Shown piece after piece: positions 1-19,137 of a stretch of 64,000 nucleotides of DNA. The DNA is from the human T2T-CHM13v2.0 reference genome, Homo sapiens: assembly GCF_009914755.1 (NCBI RefSeq), contig NC_060927.1; one strand, written 5' to 3'. A model generated the notes under the pieces. That model worked only from the letters and a program-made list of their open reading frames with translations, did not search any database and was not told where the DNA came from. The position numbers were made by a program, and so were the translations under genes. The stretch's first letter is position 1; each line of letters starts with the position of its first letter.

Positions 1-200
1 TTTTGGTAGAATGATATATTTTCCTTTGAGTGTATACCCAGTAACAGGGTTGCTGAGTCTTCTTTTCAGAAGTGTTTGTTCATGTCCTTTGTTCACTTTT
101 TAATAGGGTTATTTCTTTTTTGCTTGTTGACTTGTTTAAGACCCTTATAGATCCTGGATATTAGACCTTTGTCAGATGCATAGTTTGTGAATATTTTCTA
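1..200 (-). mobile_element. L1 (L1PA15/16-L1PB-like) ORF2 3' fragment(s), cut by the window start
   Basis: Antisense L1 motifs (tatacccagtaa..., gttcatgtcctttg, ggatattagacctttgtcagatgcatagtttg); jump in L1 coordinates near position 58. Confidence 0.8.
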
Positions 201-1210
201 TAGAAGTCATGTAAATGGCCAACAGATATATGGAAAAATGCTCAACTGCAATTATCAGAGAAATGCAAATTAAAAATACGATGAGACATCACCTCACATC
301 TGTAAGATTGGCTATTATAAAAAACATGAAAATAAACGTTGGTGAGAATGTGGAGAAAAGGGAAGCTTTATACTGTAGAGAAAAGGGAACACTTATACAG
401 GGATGGTGGTATTGTAAATTAGCACAGCCATTCTGGAAAACAGTACAAAGCTTCCCACAATAATAATAATAATATTAACATATGATCCAGCAATCCCACT
501 ACTGGAGTATACCCAAAGTACTTGAAATTAATATGCTGAAAAGATATCCACACCCCCATATTTACTGCAGCATTATTCTCAATAGCTCAATATTGTTCAT
601 CATTAGATGAATATTTTTAAAATGTGATGTATATATGCAATAAAATATTATTCAGCTTTAAAAACACAGGAAATTCTGTCATTTGCAACAACATGGCTGA
701 ACCTAGAGGATATTATGTTAAGTTAAATTCACCAGGCACAGAGAGACAAATACTGTATCATCTCACTTGTATGTGGAATATAAAAACATTGAACTCATAG
801 AAGTAGAAAATAGAAAGACAGTTACCAGTGGCTCTGAAGAGAGTGTGGACGGGAAAAGGGGAGATGTTGGTCAGTGGGTACAAAGCTACTGTTAGATAAG
901 AGACACAGTTCTGACGTTTCATTGCACAGCAAAGAAAATATAATTAATAATTTTGTATTGTTTATTTTAAAGAAAGGATTTTAAATATTCTTGGCACAGA
1001 GAAATGATAAATATTTGAGATCATACATATGCTTATTAGCCGGATTTAATCATTCTACATCATACACTCATAGCAAAACATTACACTGTACCCCATAAAT
1101 ATATAATTATTTATCAATTGTTATTTGTCAAGTATTAACAAAATTATTATATGACAAAATTATTTGTCAATTAAAAATAAAACTCTTAAAAATTTAATAA
1201 ATAAAAAATA
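201..1210 (+). mobile_element. L1MA-type 3' portion (ORF2 end, 3'UTR, A-rich tail)
   Basis: ORF 215-463 resembles the ORF2 C-terminus ([15 protein letters not shown]); gatccagcaatcccactactgg; L1MA-like 3'UTR and A-rich end. Confidence 0.85.
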
Positions 1211-1526
1211 GAGTCTCTTGTAAACATTAAAGCAAAACTTCTCTAGGATTTTCTTAGTCCCTGAAATTCCCATTATTAATCAATCCTTTTAATCAAATCT
1301 GGCAGCGAATATTCTTTTTTACTTACGATTGCATTATATGTTTAACAGGAACTAAAATATTAATCCATTCTCCCACTAATTGTATTAACAAATATATGAA
1401 AGTGCAAGGGGGTTGGGAACTCTAGTCAGTGGAGCAACTAGTTTAAAGAAAATGCATCGTCTATATGTTATTTGAAATTCTAGATTTCTGTGAAGCTCAA
1501 TGACCTTAAAAACTAAACTAACATAG

Positions 1527-1847
<321 letters not shown>

Positions 1848-2063
1848 CTAAACTAACATAAATTTCGTCTTTTGAAGATTTCCCAAGAGCTTCTGCTTAG
1901 ACTTCACTCCTAGTAACGTTTTTCCCCTCTCTTCCTGAAATTAAAAGTTGATTAGATTGGAAAAGAATTTCTTCATTCCCATTAAGGTTACATTGTATAC
2001 TTATTCTTCTGGAAAATGAAAAATCTCTGAACATTAGCAATTCAGCAACTCAAAACAATAGGC

Positions 2064-2370
2064 TTTTTTTGTTTTGTTTTGTTTTTTTGAGACAGAGTTT
2101 CATTCTGTTGCCCAGGCTGGAGTGCAGTGGCTTGATCTCAGCTCACTGCATTCTCCACCTCCCGGGTTTAAGCAATTCTCTGCCTCAGCCTCCCGAGTAG
2201 CTGGGATTATAGGCGCCCACCACCACGCCCGGCTAATTTTTTTTGTATTTTTAGTAGAGACTTGGTTTCACTGTCTTGGCCAGGCTGATCTTGAACTCCT
2301 GACCTAGTGATCCACCCACCTTGGCCTCCCAAAGTGCTGCGATTACAGGTGTGAGCCACCGCACCCGGCC
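2064..2370 (-). mobile_element. AluS, full length
   Basis: Antisense Alu ending ...gcacccggcc; TSD aaaacaatag (2052-2061 / 2371-2380). Confidence 0.97.
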
Positions 2371-3420
2371 AAAACAATAGTTTTTATAAAGAGACTCAAC
2401 ACATTGAGATGAGTTATGAAACATCTCACGAGCTATATTAGATTTTCAAATATCTAGGATTAAGTTTCAATAAAATAATTTCCTGGGGAAAAAAACCGTC
2501 TTAAATAATGACAAGTACTAAATTGTTAAAGTCATAGAAATTATAATGAAATATTACCACATATATGATGGCTTTACAATTTCTAATGTAAAACAGTATC
2601 CAAATTTCTGGAGGAGAAACAAGAGACTAGAAATCTCTACAGATTACAAACCAGAAAACTGTTTAAGACTTGCTTTTTATAAAACAACCTTTTGGCACTT
2701 CATTTCTAGTATGTGAGGAACTGCCCCAGGAAAAAACAGATTTTCCTCGATCAGAGATCAGAATCAAGTAATTGTTAAAAGCTGTAAAATGCCACTAAGA
2801 ACGATAAAACAACAGACACACATTCAACTACAGGTTTGAAAGGACACACTTTATACATGCTGTAGATAGGTCTCGGTAAAGGACAGTGTTGTGATAAAGG
2901 TTTCCCAGTTCGGACAAGCTTGTGTGACCTCTATCTTCAAAGCATGCAAAGTCCATTTTTCAAGTGGACCCATGCAATTGAAGCCGCTGAGGTTTTATCT
3001 GTACCTCTGCATCTGGAATGATGCTACACATTTCCTATAAGACATTGTAACCTAAACCACTCAAAAACAATCTCAGAAACAAAAATATTAATAAAAGCAA
3101 AATGAAGGTAATCTGTAAAATCTTTTTGTTTATGCTAGTGGTCTTAATAACATAGGCTCAAATTATTTTAACTGTATTTTAGCAAAGACAACATTGATAT
3201 GCTTTGCTGCATTCTGTTCATGATGTTATTAAATATTTTATATTTTGCATTCTAAGATATTAAATGTGAGCAGTGTTCTTCCTGAGTGCACTTTATAATT
3301 ATGTCAGATGTTTATATCATACATGTTGTTTTGAAGTAACTTGAGAGCAAACATAAATTTCTTGCCATAGATACCACATAAACCTACCACTGGCCCTTCA
3401 CCATCCTGACTTTCTTTTTC

Positions 3421-5667
<2,247 letters not shown>

Positions 5668-6020
5668 TAAACAAACTGACAAAACAACAACAAAAACTCG
5701 CTATTACCATGCATTGCTCAAGTTGTCATTATTTGAGTCAATATATTTTATGGAATATATATTTTCCTCTGCAAATATTATTTTGGTGTTTTCACTCACA
5801 AATTTGTCCATTGGATTGTAAATTCCTTAGGAGCATGGATTTTAGTCATCATCAAATCCTAGTACTTAGCACACAACAGACAGGCAATTCTTTAGAAATT
5901 TTTTGATGGCACACTCACTATGTGCTAGCCATCTTCTAGGGCTAGGGATAAGCAGTAAACCAAATTTCCTACTCAGGTGGATCTGAGATTCTTGTAGGGA
6001 AGAGAGTAAACAGATAATTA

Positions 6021-6399
<379 letters not shown>

Positions 6400-7304
6400 T
6401 TATACAACTTTATCATTTAATAAATGAGAAAAATAAGGCTCATAAAAAGACAAAAGACTTTTCCAAATCACCCAGCTAGATAGCAACATAGTCAGCATTT
6501 CAATTTTTTTGTTTGTTTGTTTGTTTGTTTTGAGCTACAAATTCAGTGTTATTTCCACAATTGAGTAATGGCTTGCAGTGCTGGAACTGGGAAGAGGACA
6601 CTATTCGGTAATATAATAAGTTGCTTCTGTTGAGAATAAAGTTTGAATTAACAACTTCTTGTTTAAGTACAAATTCTTTAAAGATAGTCATTGTATTTTA
6701 GTTACATAAGATTTATAGCTTTTGAAAGAAAATTTCAAGTTTTTCCTGCTGGAGTTGAATTTTATAGTTTTATAGAAATTTTCTAGCAGACAGTGAAATG
6801 TTGCTTTATGGTCAATTACCCTTAATTAGCTTTAATTAAAATTAAAATAATTTTATGGCAAGTATATTCAGAAGTATCCATTTTTGTAGATAAATATATT
6901 ATTGCTATTTTTAAGATATATTGGGGAAAAATAAAAACAAAAATAGCCCAAACATTTAAATACAAAATGGGGAAAATAAAAAATTCATAAAATAAAATAT
7001 ACATAAATGATCATTCAACATATAAAAATGTACAGTTTCACTAAAAATCAAAGAAATGCAAATTAAAAGATTGATGAACTATTTTTTAAATTTAGCCTTC
7101 CAAATTAGCAAAGATTTGTGAATAATAATGGTGATGCTTTGAGAGAGGCACTTTAATCTTATATTTTTGCAGATGGGTTAATTGTCACAAATTTACTAGG
7201 GTTCTATTTGACAATATATATCAATTACATTTAAAAATTCTACAGCTTGAACTGAAGACTTACACCTCCAGGAATTATTTTTGAAAATTTTATATATCTA
7301 TATT

Positions 7305-8415
7305 TTCTATTGTATTGATAGACAATATTTTACATATTTATGGGAGTACATGTGAGTGTTTGTTACATGCATAGAATATGTAATGACCAAATCAAGGTAT
7401 TTGGGGTATCCATTAACTTGGGTGTTTATTATTTTTTTACACTGATATCATTGCAAGTTCCTCTCTTCTAGTTACTTTGAAATATACATAATATTATTGC
7501 TAAGTATAGTCATTCTAGTCTGCTATCAAAACACTAGAACTTATTTCTTCTATCTAATGATATCTTTATGCCTGTAACCAACCTCTCTTTATTCTCCTCT
7601 TGCCCTCGCCCACCCTTCCAAGTCTCTGGTACCCATCATTCTATTCTCTGTATCCATAAGATCAAGATTTTTAGTCCCCACATGTGAGGGAAGGCAGGCA
7701 GTATTTGTCTTTCCGTGCTTAGGTTATTCCACTTACACATAATGACCTTCAGTTCTATTCATATTGCTGCACATGACATGACTGCGCTCTTTATGGCTGA
7801 ATATTTCATTGTGCATATATACCACATTTTAAATGCGTTTGTTCACTGATGACACGTTGATTCCATATCTTTGCAATAAGCATGTGAGTACAGACATCTC
7901 TTTGATATGCTGATTTATTTTCCTTTGGATAATCAATACCTAGCAGTGAGATTACTGGACTGTATAGTAGGCCTCTTTTTAGTTTTTTGAGAAATCTTAA
8001 TACTGTTTTCCACAGTGGCTGTACTAGTTTACATTCTCACTAACAGTGTATGAGTTCCCTTTTCAGCACATCCTTGCCATCATCTGTTAAATTTTGTCTT
8101 TTTGATAATAGCCATTCGAACTGGGGTGAGATGATAGCTCATTGCGGTTTTGATTTGCATTTCCCTGGAGATTACTGATGCTGAGCATTTTTTCATATAC
8201 CTGCTGGCTGTTTGTATGTCTTCTTTGAGAAATGTCTATTCATGTCTTTTGCCCTTTTGCCCATTTTTTAGTGGGATTTTTTTTCTGTTGAGTTGTTGGA
8301 ATTCCTTGTACATTTTGGATATTCCATGCGGAACAAGTAATTTGCAAATTTTTTCCCCTTCAAGAGGTTGTCTCTTCACTCTATTGTTTCATTTGCTGTG
8401 CAGAAGCTTTTTAGG
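7305..8415 (-). mobile_element. L1MA-type 3' portion
   Basis: Antisense L1MA 3'UTR (tacatatttatgggagtacatgtg...gtatttggggtatcc) and ORF2 end (ttgatttgcatttccctg, tgctgtgcagaagctttt). Confidence 0.85.
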
Positions 8416-8522
8416 TTATTGAGCTTTATATGTCTAGCATTTGAAATAATATATATAGGATGCATTTTCTTTATATAAATGTTAGGTACAAGATGTTTAG
8501 AATTACAAAAACAATAAAATAA

Positions 8523-10521
<1,999 letters not shown>

Positions 10522-10879
10522 AAAAGTGAGAAAGTTATTTAGCAAATTAAAAATTATGATATATTCAAAAATTAAGTATGTCAATAGAAATATTTTCAAA
10601 AATTAATATAGAAAAATTTATATTTTATTAAGCACAAATCATAAAGAAAAACATATGAACTCTGATCATGAAAATGGCATATATAAAGTTTGTATGCAGA
10701 TTTAATTGTATTTAGGAACAACAACAAAAAAAAAAACCTAGGGAAAGTTTACCAAAACTAATGCTAGCAACAGGTATTGCTCTCTTCTGGAATTAGGTGA
10801 TTTTTGTTTTCTTCATCACAGTTTTTTATTTACCTAAATTTTCTATAGTTGTCTATACTATAATATATAAGTACTGTCT

Positions 10880-12460
10880 TTCTAAAAATTGTTATTATTT
10901 GGTTGTTTTATAATAAGAGTAACAAGACAGTATGTTTAAATGCAGAGTTAACCATTGCTACCTGCCATCCCACCACCTATATCTGTTTTTGTCCCACTGA
11001 AGTAAAAATGTTAACAAGCCTGGGTGCATCTTTCCACATTTTTCTTCTGGGTGCTACAAAACTATACATATTTAAACATTAGTTTCTAGCTTCTTTTACC
11101 AAAATTTTATTATGCTCTTTATTTTGCAATTCTCTTTTTTCACTTAACAGTTTATCATGATCACCTAAGAAGCAGATAGATCTGATTCTGTATAACTATT
11201 CAAATTGTTTATGTATATATTATTTGCACAGACTTTGCTTCCATTTTACTGAAATGGAAGCAAGTCATGTGTATTTTTTTAACTACTATTTTTTTAAACT
11301 TTCATTCAATCTGATAACCATTTAGCCATTTTATTTTCACTCCCAGATGGTAATCTATAAAAATTTGCTTATATAATTTCTTACATATATAGGGGCTTTA
11401 TTAGCTTTTTGAAAATATATTTATATGCATCTGTTTGCATCTTACTTTTATTGCTTAATGCTATTTCATGGGACTTTTCAGGCCAACTATGCTAACTCAA
11501 TCTTTTTAATGACAGTCTAATATTCCATGCTGTTGATATGCCATAATAAATCCAACTATTCCTCTATGACATTCTTTTTACAATGAGGCAGTTAACATCC
11601 CTGAACATCTATCCTAATGAATTGATGCTTTTAATTGCTATGGTATAGGTTTACAGGATTAGCATTACCAGGCCTAACCATATGTATTTTTTGAAATAAA
11701 GTAGTGCTAAGTTTTTCTTCCTGTCAAAAAACCTATAAGAATGTACATTTCTTATATATGATGTTACATTAGGATTAGAAGTAAAAGTATTCTCAGAGCA
11801 AACAGGAAATGGGTTAAATGAAAATAACAGTTTAATTTACTTTGCTATTTTGAAAAATAAATATAACATCCAAGCCAAAAAAAAAAAAAAAGAATGTACA
11901 TTTCTACCAGCAATAGCTGAGACTCTATTTTTCCAAACATCCCCACTAGCAATAAGGATTATTGCCAGTCTGATGACTATGAAATAGTATTTTATTGATA
12001 CTTTCATGGGCATTTCCCTGATTAATATGAATTTCATTATATTTTTATGTTTATTGGCCTTTGAACTTTCTCTAGAATAAAATGATTACCCATAGTTTTT
12101 TGCCCAAGTTTTCATTGCATTTTATCTTCTTCTTATCAATTTGTTAACTATTTTTTATTGGATTTTAGCTTTTATCATCTTCATTACAAATTTTGTATCA
12201 AGAATTCTTTATATCTGTTTTATAGTTTATGCATTTCTGTTCCTGTTTTAGAAAATCTTGTTCATTCCCAGATTTTAGATGTAGCCTCCATGGCTTATTT
12301 CTAAAATTGCTATTTCTTAATTCATTTGGAATTTATTTTGCATATAATATGAAGTAGAGGTTCAACTTAGTTTTATCCTGAAATAATACCCAGATATATT
12401 TATCAAATAAATCACATTTTCTCCTACCAAATTCTTATTGCCTGTGTCATACATTAAGTT
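10880..12460 (-). mobile_element. Decayed L1ME-like segments
   Basis: Diverged antisense L1 motifs (catttccctgattaat, tttatgtttattggcc, ttcatttggaatttattttg, gaagtagagg). Confidence 0.55.
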
Positions 12461-12488
12461 TTCATGTATTCTGCAAGCAATTTGTAGA

Positions 12489-12578
12489 TTTTTTAAATTT
12501 ATTATTATTATATTTTAAGTTTTAGGGTACATGTGCACAACGTGCAGGTTTGTTACATATGTATACATGTGCCATGTG
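12489..12578 (-). mobile_element. Very short L1PA 3'-end fragment
   Basis: ttttaagttttagggtacatgtgcacaacgtgcaggtttgttacatatgtatacatgtgccatg is the antisense L1PA terminus. Confidence 0.9.
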
Positions 12579-13029
12579 GGTGTTTTTCTGCTACAGCTGT
12601 ATGATCTGTTTTTAATATGGGCTATTTGCTAAATCAAATCCTCCCTTAGTAATCTTCTTTTCAGTGTTCACTTGGCTATTCTTAGACATCTATTCTTCCG
12701 TGAGAAATTTGTTTTATGTGTTTTAAACCACAAAATATTAAAACTTATTGTGATTCTAATTGCAATAAACTTCCCTCAAAAAATCAGAATATTTCATTGT
12801 TCATATTTTTACGTCCTTCAATAAAGTTTTATAGTTTTCTATAATCTGACATGGTTTAACTAACATTGTAGTGGCTGTTTTTTTTTTTTGCTCTAATGTT
12901 TTCTATTTTATTTCATTAGGCTTTTTAAATATTCAGATCAATTCCTCTCGATAGATTTTATAATATGTGCTTAGACTTCAGATTTTCACTCTATAGACTC
13001 CCACTCCGCTAGTTTCTTTGTTTGTTATA

Positions 13030-13890
13030 AACTCATGTCATGCGAGTGTGTTGTACAGATTATTTTGTCACACAGGTATTAAGCCTAGTACCCATTAGTT
13101 ATTTTTCCAGATCCTCTCCCCACTCCCACTCCCACCCTCCACCCTCAAGTAGGGCCCAGTGTGTGTTGTTCCTATTTGTCCATGTGTTCTCATCATTTAG
13201 CTCCCACTTATAAGTGAGAACATGCAGTATTTGGTTTTCTGTTCCTGCGTTAGTTTGCTAAAAGGATAATGACCTCCAGCTCCATCCATGTTCCTGCAAA
13301 GGACATGATCTTTTCATTTTATAGCTGCATAGTATTCCATGGTATATATGTATCATATTTTCTTTATCCAGTCTATCATTGATTGGCATTTAGGTTGATT
13401 CCATGTCATTGCTATTGTTAATAGTGCTGCAATGAACATTTGCCTGCATGTGTCTTCATAGTAGAACAATTCATATTCCTTTAGGTATATACCCAGTCAT
13501 GGGATTGCTGAGTCGAATGGTATTTCTGTTTTTAGGTCTTTGATGTCTTTGCTTTCCACAAGGGTTGAACTAATTTACACTCCCACCAACAGTGTATAAG
13601 CGTTTCTTTTCCTCTGCAACGTTGCCAACATCTGTTATTTTTTGACTTTCTAATAATAGCCTTTCTGACTGGTGTGAGATGGTATCTCATTGTAGGTTTG
13701 ATTTGCATTTCTCTAGTGATCAGGGATATTGAGCTTTTTCTCATATGGTTGTTGGCCACACGTATGCTTCTTTTAACGAGTGTCTGTTCATGTTCTTTGT
13801 CCACTTTTTAATGGGGTTATTTATTTTTTTCTTGTAAAATTGTTTAAGTTACTTTTAGATGCTGGATATTAGACCTTTGTCAGATGCATG
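13030..13890 (-). mobile_element. L1PA15/16-like 3' portion
   Basis: gtacagattattttgtcacacaggtattaagcctagtaccc; ORF 13532-13804 resembles the ORF2 C-terminus. Confidence 0.88.
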
Positions 13891-15525
13891 AATGACTGCT
13901 TTTTAAAAGCCAGTAAAATTTGGCTATAAATCTATGTTATCCTGGTACCTTTTTAATGTCATCATTTTAATATCTTTACATTTATTTCTATAGTAATTGT
14001 TCACTTTGTTCGTTTCTTCTTATGTTCATCTTAGTAATTTCTATTTTTACAGAAAATTATTTATGTAGAATTTTAACCCCATTTCCAGTATATTACATGT
14101 AGCATTCCCTGAAAATTCTTTTAGTGTTTCTATTTAAAAGAATTACAGTTTTAGGACTCCTTTCTCTTTTTTTATATTTTTGATTTTCTGTTTTCTTGAA
14201 TGTATTTATTTGTGTCTTATCTACCTCATTAGTTGTTTTGAGTTATAAGAATCAGATTTGAGACCTGTTTTTATTTCCAAGATTTTTTTCTAAATAACTG
14301 ATTTTATTTTTTATCTTCATTGATTCCTTTTTGTCTATCTTTATTCCTAATACTTATTATTTCTTAGTCTGACTTCTTTAATACCTAGGGTAGGTGTGGC
14401 TATATATTTGTTTCTGAGTACAGTTTTTGTTGCTTTCCATTCATTCTGATGTGAAAGATTAAGTGCTTAATTTCTTAAAAATGTAATGCCAGTTTTGATA
14501 TCCTCCTTTGTCTGAGTTATTGCCAGTGGTACTTCTTAAATTCTATGTAGTGAAATATTTGGAAAAACATATTTGAAAATAATGTATTTTCATTATTACT
14601 GATTATAGTCAGAAAACATAAAAATTTATTTGCAACAGATGAAATTGAATCTACTGGTATACTCTTTTTGCATTTTTGTTTTGTGGTTCGAGACATTCTT
14701 CCTCTTCCATTCCAGCCTACTAATTTAAGACTCGTCTTGACATTCATATCTATTAACTTTTTGTTCAAAAATTATGTTTGTCATTCTAGAAATGTTATTG
14801 TTTTGTTCCTGAATGTTTTAAATATTTTTTGTTGTTGTTGTTGTTGCTGTTTTTTGGTCGGGTTGCTTTATGTCTCCTCAAGCAGATCTATTCATTAGAG
14901 CATCTTTCCTAGTTGTGTGTTCTCTGTCTCTCTCTCATTGTTATCTTCCCCCCACTTAGACATGATATACATTTCTTCATATATTCAATGGGCTTTTGCT
15001 CCACTTGCCCAGTCAATAATGGATGGTGCAATGGCATCTTCTCTTGTATGCAGTGTACATTAGCATCAACTTGTCAGCCTTCCAAAGCATCTGGAGGCAG
15101 CTCTCTGCTCCTCTGTTCCCTTGTGCTCTTGAAGGCTTAAGTGGGGATACAATTTAGTTCTCACCTGTTTAACTACTCTTTGGCCTGCTAAAGACAGAAC
15201 ATGAAGACCTGAGGAACTTTTACCATAATATTAATCTTTTCCTCTTCCTGATAATCCAGGGATCCTCATGGATCAAGCTCTTCCTAGAAAAAGCTTTGTT
15301 CAGATCTTTATCCCAGAGGCCTCCAAGGCTGCTTTCCACACCTTTCTCCAAAACAGAGGGTGAAAACCCTCCAGTCGCTTTTTCTGTAACTCCCCCAGCA
15401 AGTCTCAATGGTAGACTCAGCAAAGAGAATGAATTTAATTTGATATTGATAGTGGGAGAAAAGTGGGATGCATTAGGGGGCCACATTTTTAGAATTTTTT
15501 TTCTCTGTCCATTGTATTACTTATA

Positions 15526-16222
15526 CAGTTGTTCTGTCTTATCTGCAGTTTTCGTTGTGCCTGGTGTGAATTACCCATAACCTAACATGGTCTGAAAATA
15601 TTAACTGGAAAATCCCAGAAACAAACAATTCATAAGATTTAAGTTGTGCATCATTCTGAGTAGCATGATAAAATCTCTCTCCATTCTGCTGTGTCCCTCT
15701 CAGGAATGTGAATCATCCCTTTGTCCAGCGTATCCACACTGTCCACACTTTCTGCCTATTAGTCACAAACCCTCTCAGTATTAGATTAACTCTCGCAGTA
15801 TCACAGTGCTTGTGTTCAAGTAACACTTATTTTTCTTTATAATGGCCCTAAAGCACAACATTAATGATGTTGGCAATTGGGATTCACCAAAGAGAAGCCA
15901 GGAAGTGCTTCCTTTAAGTAAAAAGGTGAAAGTTCTTGATTTAAGAAAAAAATTATATTTCAAGGTTGCTAAGATGTATAGTAAAAAGATATTTTGAGAG
16001 AGAAAACACATTCACATAACCTTTATTATAATATATTGTTACAATTTTTCAATTTTATTATTAGTTACTATTAATCTCTTACTGGTCCTAATTTATAAAT
16101 TCAAGTTTATTATAGATATTTATTTATAGAAAAAAACAGTATTTTTAGGGTTTAGTACTATCCAGGGTTTCAGGAATCCACTGGGAGTACTGAAATGTAT
16201 CCCTCATGAGTAAGAGATGACA
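15526..16222 (+). mobile_element. MER44-type (Tigger7-derived, TcMar) DNA transposon relic
   Basis: TA-CAGT start; gaaaatattaactggaaaatcccagaaacaaacaattcataag, gtgaatcatccctttgtccagcgtatccac, aaagagaagccaggaagtgcttcctttaagt match the remembered MER44 consensus. Confidence 0.8.
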
Positions 16223-16279
16223 GAATCCTTATTGTGTAATCAGAATAAAGTAACATTTTAAAATTAGGTATACTTACTC

Positions 16280-16370
16280 CCAGCGAGCATATGGGAAATT
16301 TCTGCACTTTACACTCAATTTTACAGTGAACCCAAAACTGCTCTAAAAATGGTCTATTTATTTTTTAAAA
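16280..16370 (+). mobile_element. L1MC-type 3' end fragment
   Basis: atatgggaaatttctgcac...gtgaacccaaaactgctctaaaaat. Confidence 0.6.
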
Positions 16371-17486
16371 AATGAGGAATGTAGAAGTAAATATATTTGA
16401 ACATAATTTGAAAGTTTAAAGTGTCCCATAAATAGCTTATACTTACTTGTCTTGTGTAATATTGACTTGACATTTATACCTACTTGTTCTTTATGGCATG
16501 CACAAAACACAACTGCTTTTTGTAAAGAATTTCTTCCAACAGTACAGAGGAAGACAAACCTTCAGTTAGTCACTAATGCAAAATTATTAAACCAAAAAGA
16601 TAAAATTTAGAAAAATTTTTCAGAATATACAACTAAACACTTTTTTCCTAAATGTATGCCCATGTAAATATGTGCATTCAGACAAATCTTGTATTACAGA
16701 AAATGGCACAACCTGTATCCATACCTCTAAGAATGAAATAAAAGGCATATAACCTGTTTTTATATAATCTAATCTGTAGAGCCCCACATTAAATGTGAAC
16801 CTTCTGAAGATCTCAAAACACAGTCCTTGGGCATTATTAGCAAAAATGACGTGTACCAGCTGCCACTGATTCTGCCAATGCTTTCAGAGTTACAGCTTAT
16901 GTTATCCTGTTATTTCCCCAGACTTATTAGTGTTTTCATTTCTTGTTGTATTTCTTTATGATATGGCTCTACCTAGGACTGTTCTGTGAAACCAAGAAAT
17001 TATTTTATTATTTATTATTATTTTATTTTTCTGCTTGAAGAGCACAATGAGTATCAGGTGGAATGGAGACAAGCAGATAAAACTGTCTCAGGTTTTTCAG
17101 AACTACAACTTGACAAATATTTTTATGTTGTAGTAAATTAAAATATTTTCCAATTAAGAGAAAAAAATTCTTACCAAACATCTGATTATGGTAAAAAAAA
17201 GTAGAATACAGATTACTAAATCATTATAATTTGCATTCCAAGTATAGAGAATAATGAATAGGAAGAATATAAAATAGGAAATAGATGTTTTTAAAATTAA
17301 TATTTCCATCTAAAGCCAGTCATGCAGATTTATGACATATGACAAATACCTTCCAAAGAAAGAATAGTTCTAGTATTATTTTTCCATAATAAATAGACCC
17401 AAAATAGAAAAACAGAAAATAGCTCATTTTAAAGAAGATATTTTAGTATGTCTTCTAAATGTCCGTGATCTCCATTCCAAGTCTTT

Positions 17487-17711
17487 TTAAAGACTTTTTT
17501 TTTAGAGTAATTTTAAGCTCACAGAAAAATGAAAAGGAAGGTACAGAGATTTCACATATATCCCCACATATGCATAGCCTCCCCCATTAGCAACATTCCC
17601 CACCGAAGTAGTACATTTGTTACAACTGATGAACTTGCATTGACACATCACTACCCAGAGTCCATAGTTTACATTAGGGTTCACTCTTGGTGTTGTACGT
17701 TCTATGGATTA
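17487..17711 (-). mobile_element. L1MC1/2-like 3' end
   Basis: gtacatttgttacaactgatgaac...agtccatagtttacattagggttcactcttggtgttgtac. Confidence 0.8.
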
Positions 17712-17714
17712 AGG

Positions 17715-17812
17715 CACATCTGCAAAGTCCCTTTCCCCATGTAAGGTAACATATTCACAGGCTCTGGGGATTCGAGTATGGAACTTTTGGGGAGGTTTTA
17801 TTCTGCCTACGG
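17715..17812 (-). mobile_element. MLT1 (MaLR) LTR fragment
   Basis: cacatctgcaaagtcccttt...atgtaaggtaacatattcacagg...ttattctgcctac. Confidence 0.75.
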
Positions 17813-18812
17813 CAAGATATGATAATAATAACACTATTATTTTTATTTTTCAACTAAATTGCTTCAGTATTCTTACACTGTAAAGTTAAAATTAATAATA
17901 ATAAAGAAAAATGGTAAAGTGCATTATTACTCTATCGGTCCTTTGGTAAGGATTGCAACAGTAAAAGGAGAAAGCGAATTATAATCTATTCTCTACCCTA
18001 GTCCCACAAACTCAGGCCCTGGTCTAATTATTTTCAGTAAATCTTAAGTGATTTGTTGTAGACAAAGGAGTTTATGGCTTGATAAATACTCCCAATCTGT
18101 TGAGTGAAAGTCTACAGTTTTACTGAGCAAAGGCATGTATAGAGCACTGTAAAATTTTATATAACTCAGGGGTACAAAGTGTGACCAAGACTGAATAGTT
18201 CTATGTCATCATGACCTGTGATTTCCTGTGAACGTCTGCAGAAGCTTGTCTATATTAGGACTGGGTCAAGAAAAACTTCACCCTCAGCCATCGTGTTACA
18301 TTGTTTTGCCCGAGAAGACAGACCTGTTATTTTGAGCTTGTCTGTCAACGTGGCATGCACTTCACATCAGTTCACCTTTTTCCTATCCATGGTTTACTTT
18401 TTATAGATTCATCCTAATCCCATGTCCAACATGAACTCTTTCTTGAGAATCAGTACCTATATTTTGGGGGACTAAAGTACTATATTTATGGATGTGGTTG
18501 ATTCAATTCTTGCAAGCACCTGTAATTGCTTGTAAAATTAATTTTATCTGAAATAAATGGATATTCTCGGTTTTTTTTTTGTTTTACCATGGAATCTTTT
18601 GTGTAACCTTCTGAATATAGCCTCCTTTTTGCCTAAAAGCAAGTGTGATACCTTTACTAAGAATGATAAAGAAATGCTTTACCATGAAAGTGAGCACATC
18701 CTCTGTAATGGGTCAAATTGTTTCTAGTTCCTTTACAAATCCGGCTGCAGAAATTACAGATCTGAGACAAATGGTTTTCTTTTTCACCAGTGCATTTCCT
18801 TTGTTGAGTTTA

Positions 18813-19137
<325 letters not shown>

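Noticed and set aside
1-1216. Minus plus plus L1 pieces as a third twin-primed element
   Set aside because: The L1 coordinates are nearly contiguous and gagtct recurs at 55-60 and 1211-1216. However, the pieces look like different subfamilies and the window edge hides the left context, so it is not supportable.
2850-3060. Possible minus-strand exon in a slightly GC-richer patch
   Set aside because: Weak splice sites, early stops in all frames over the longer interval, and no recognisable peptide.
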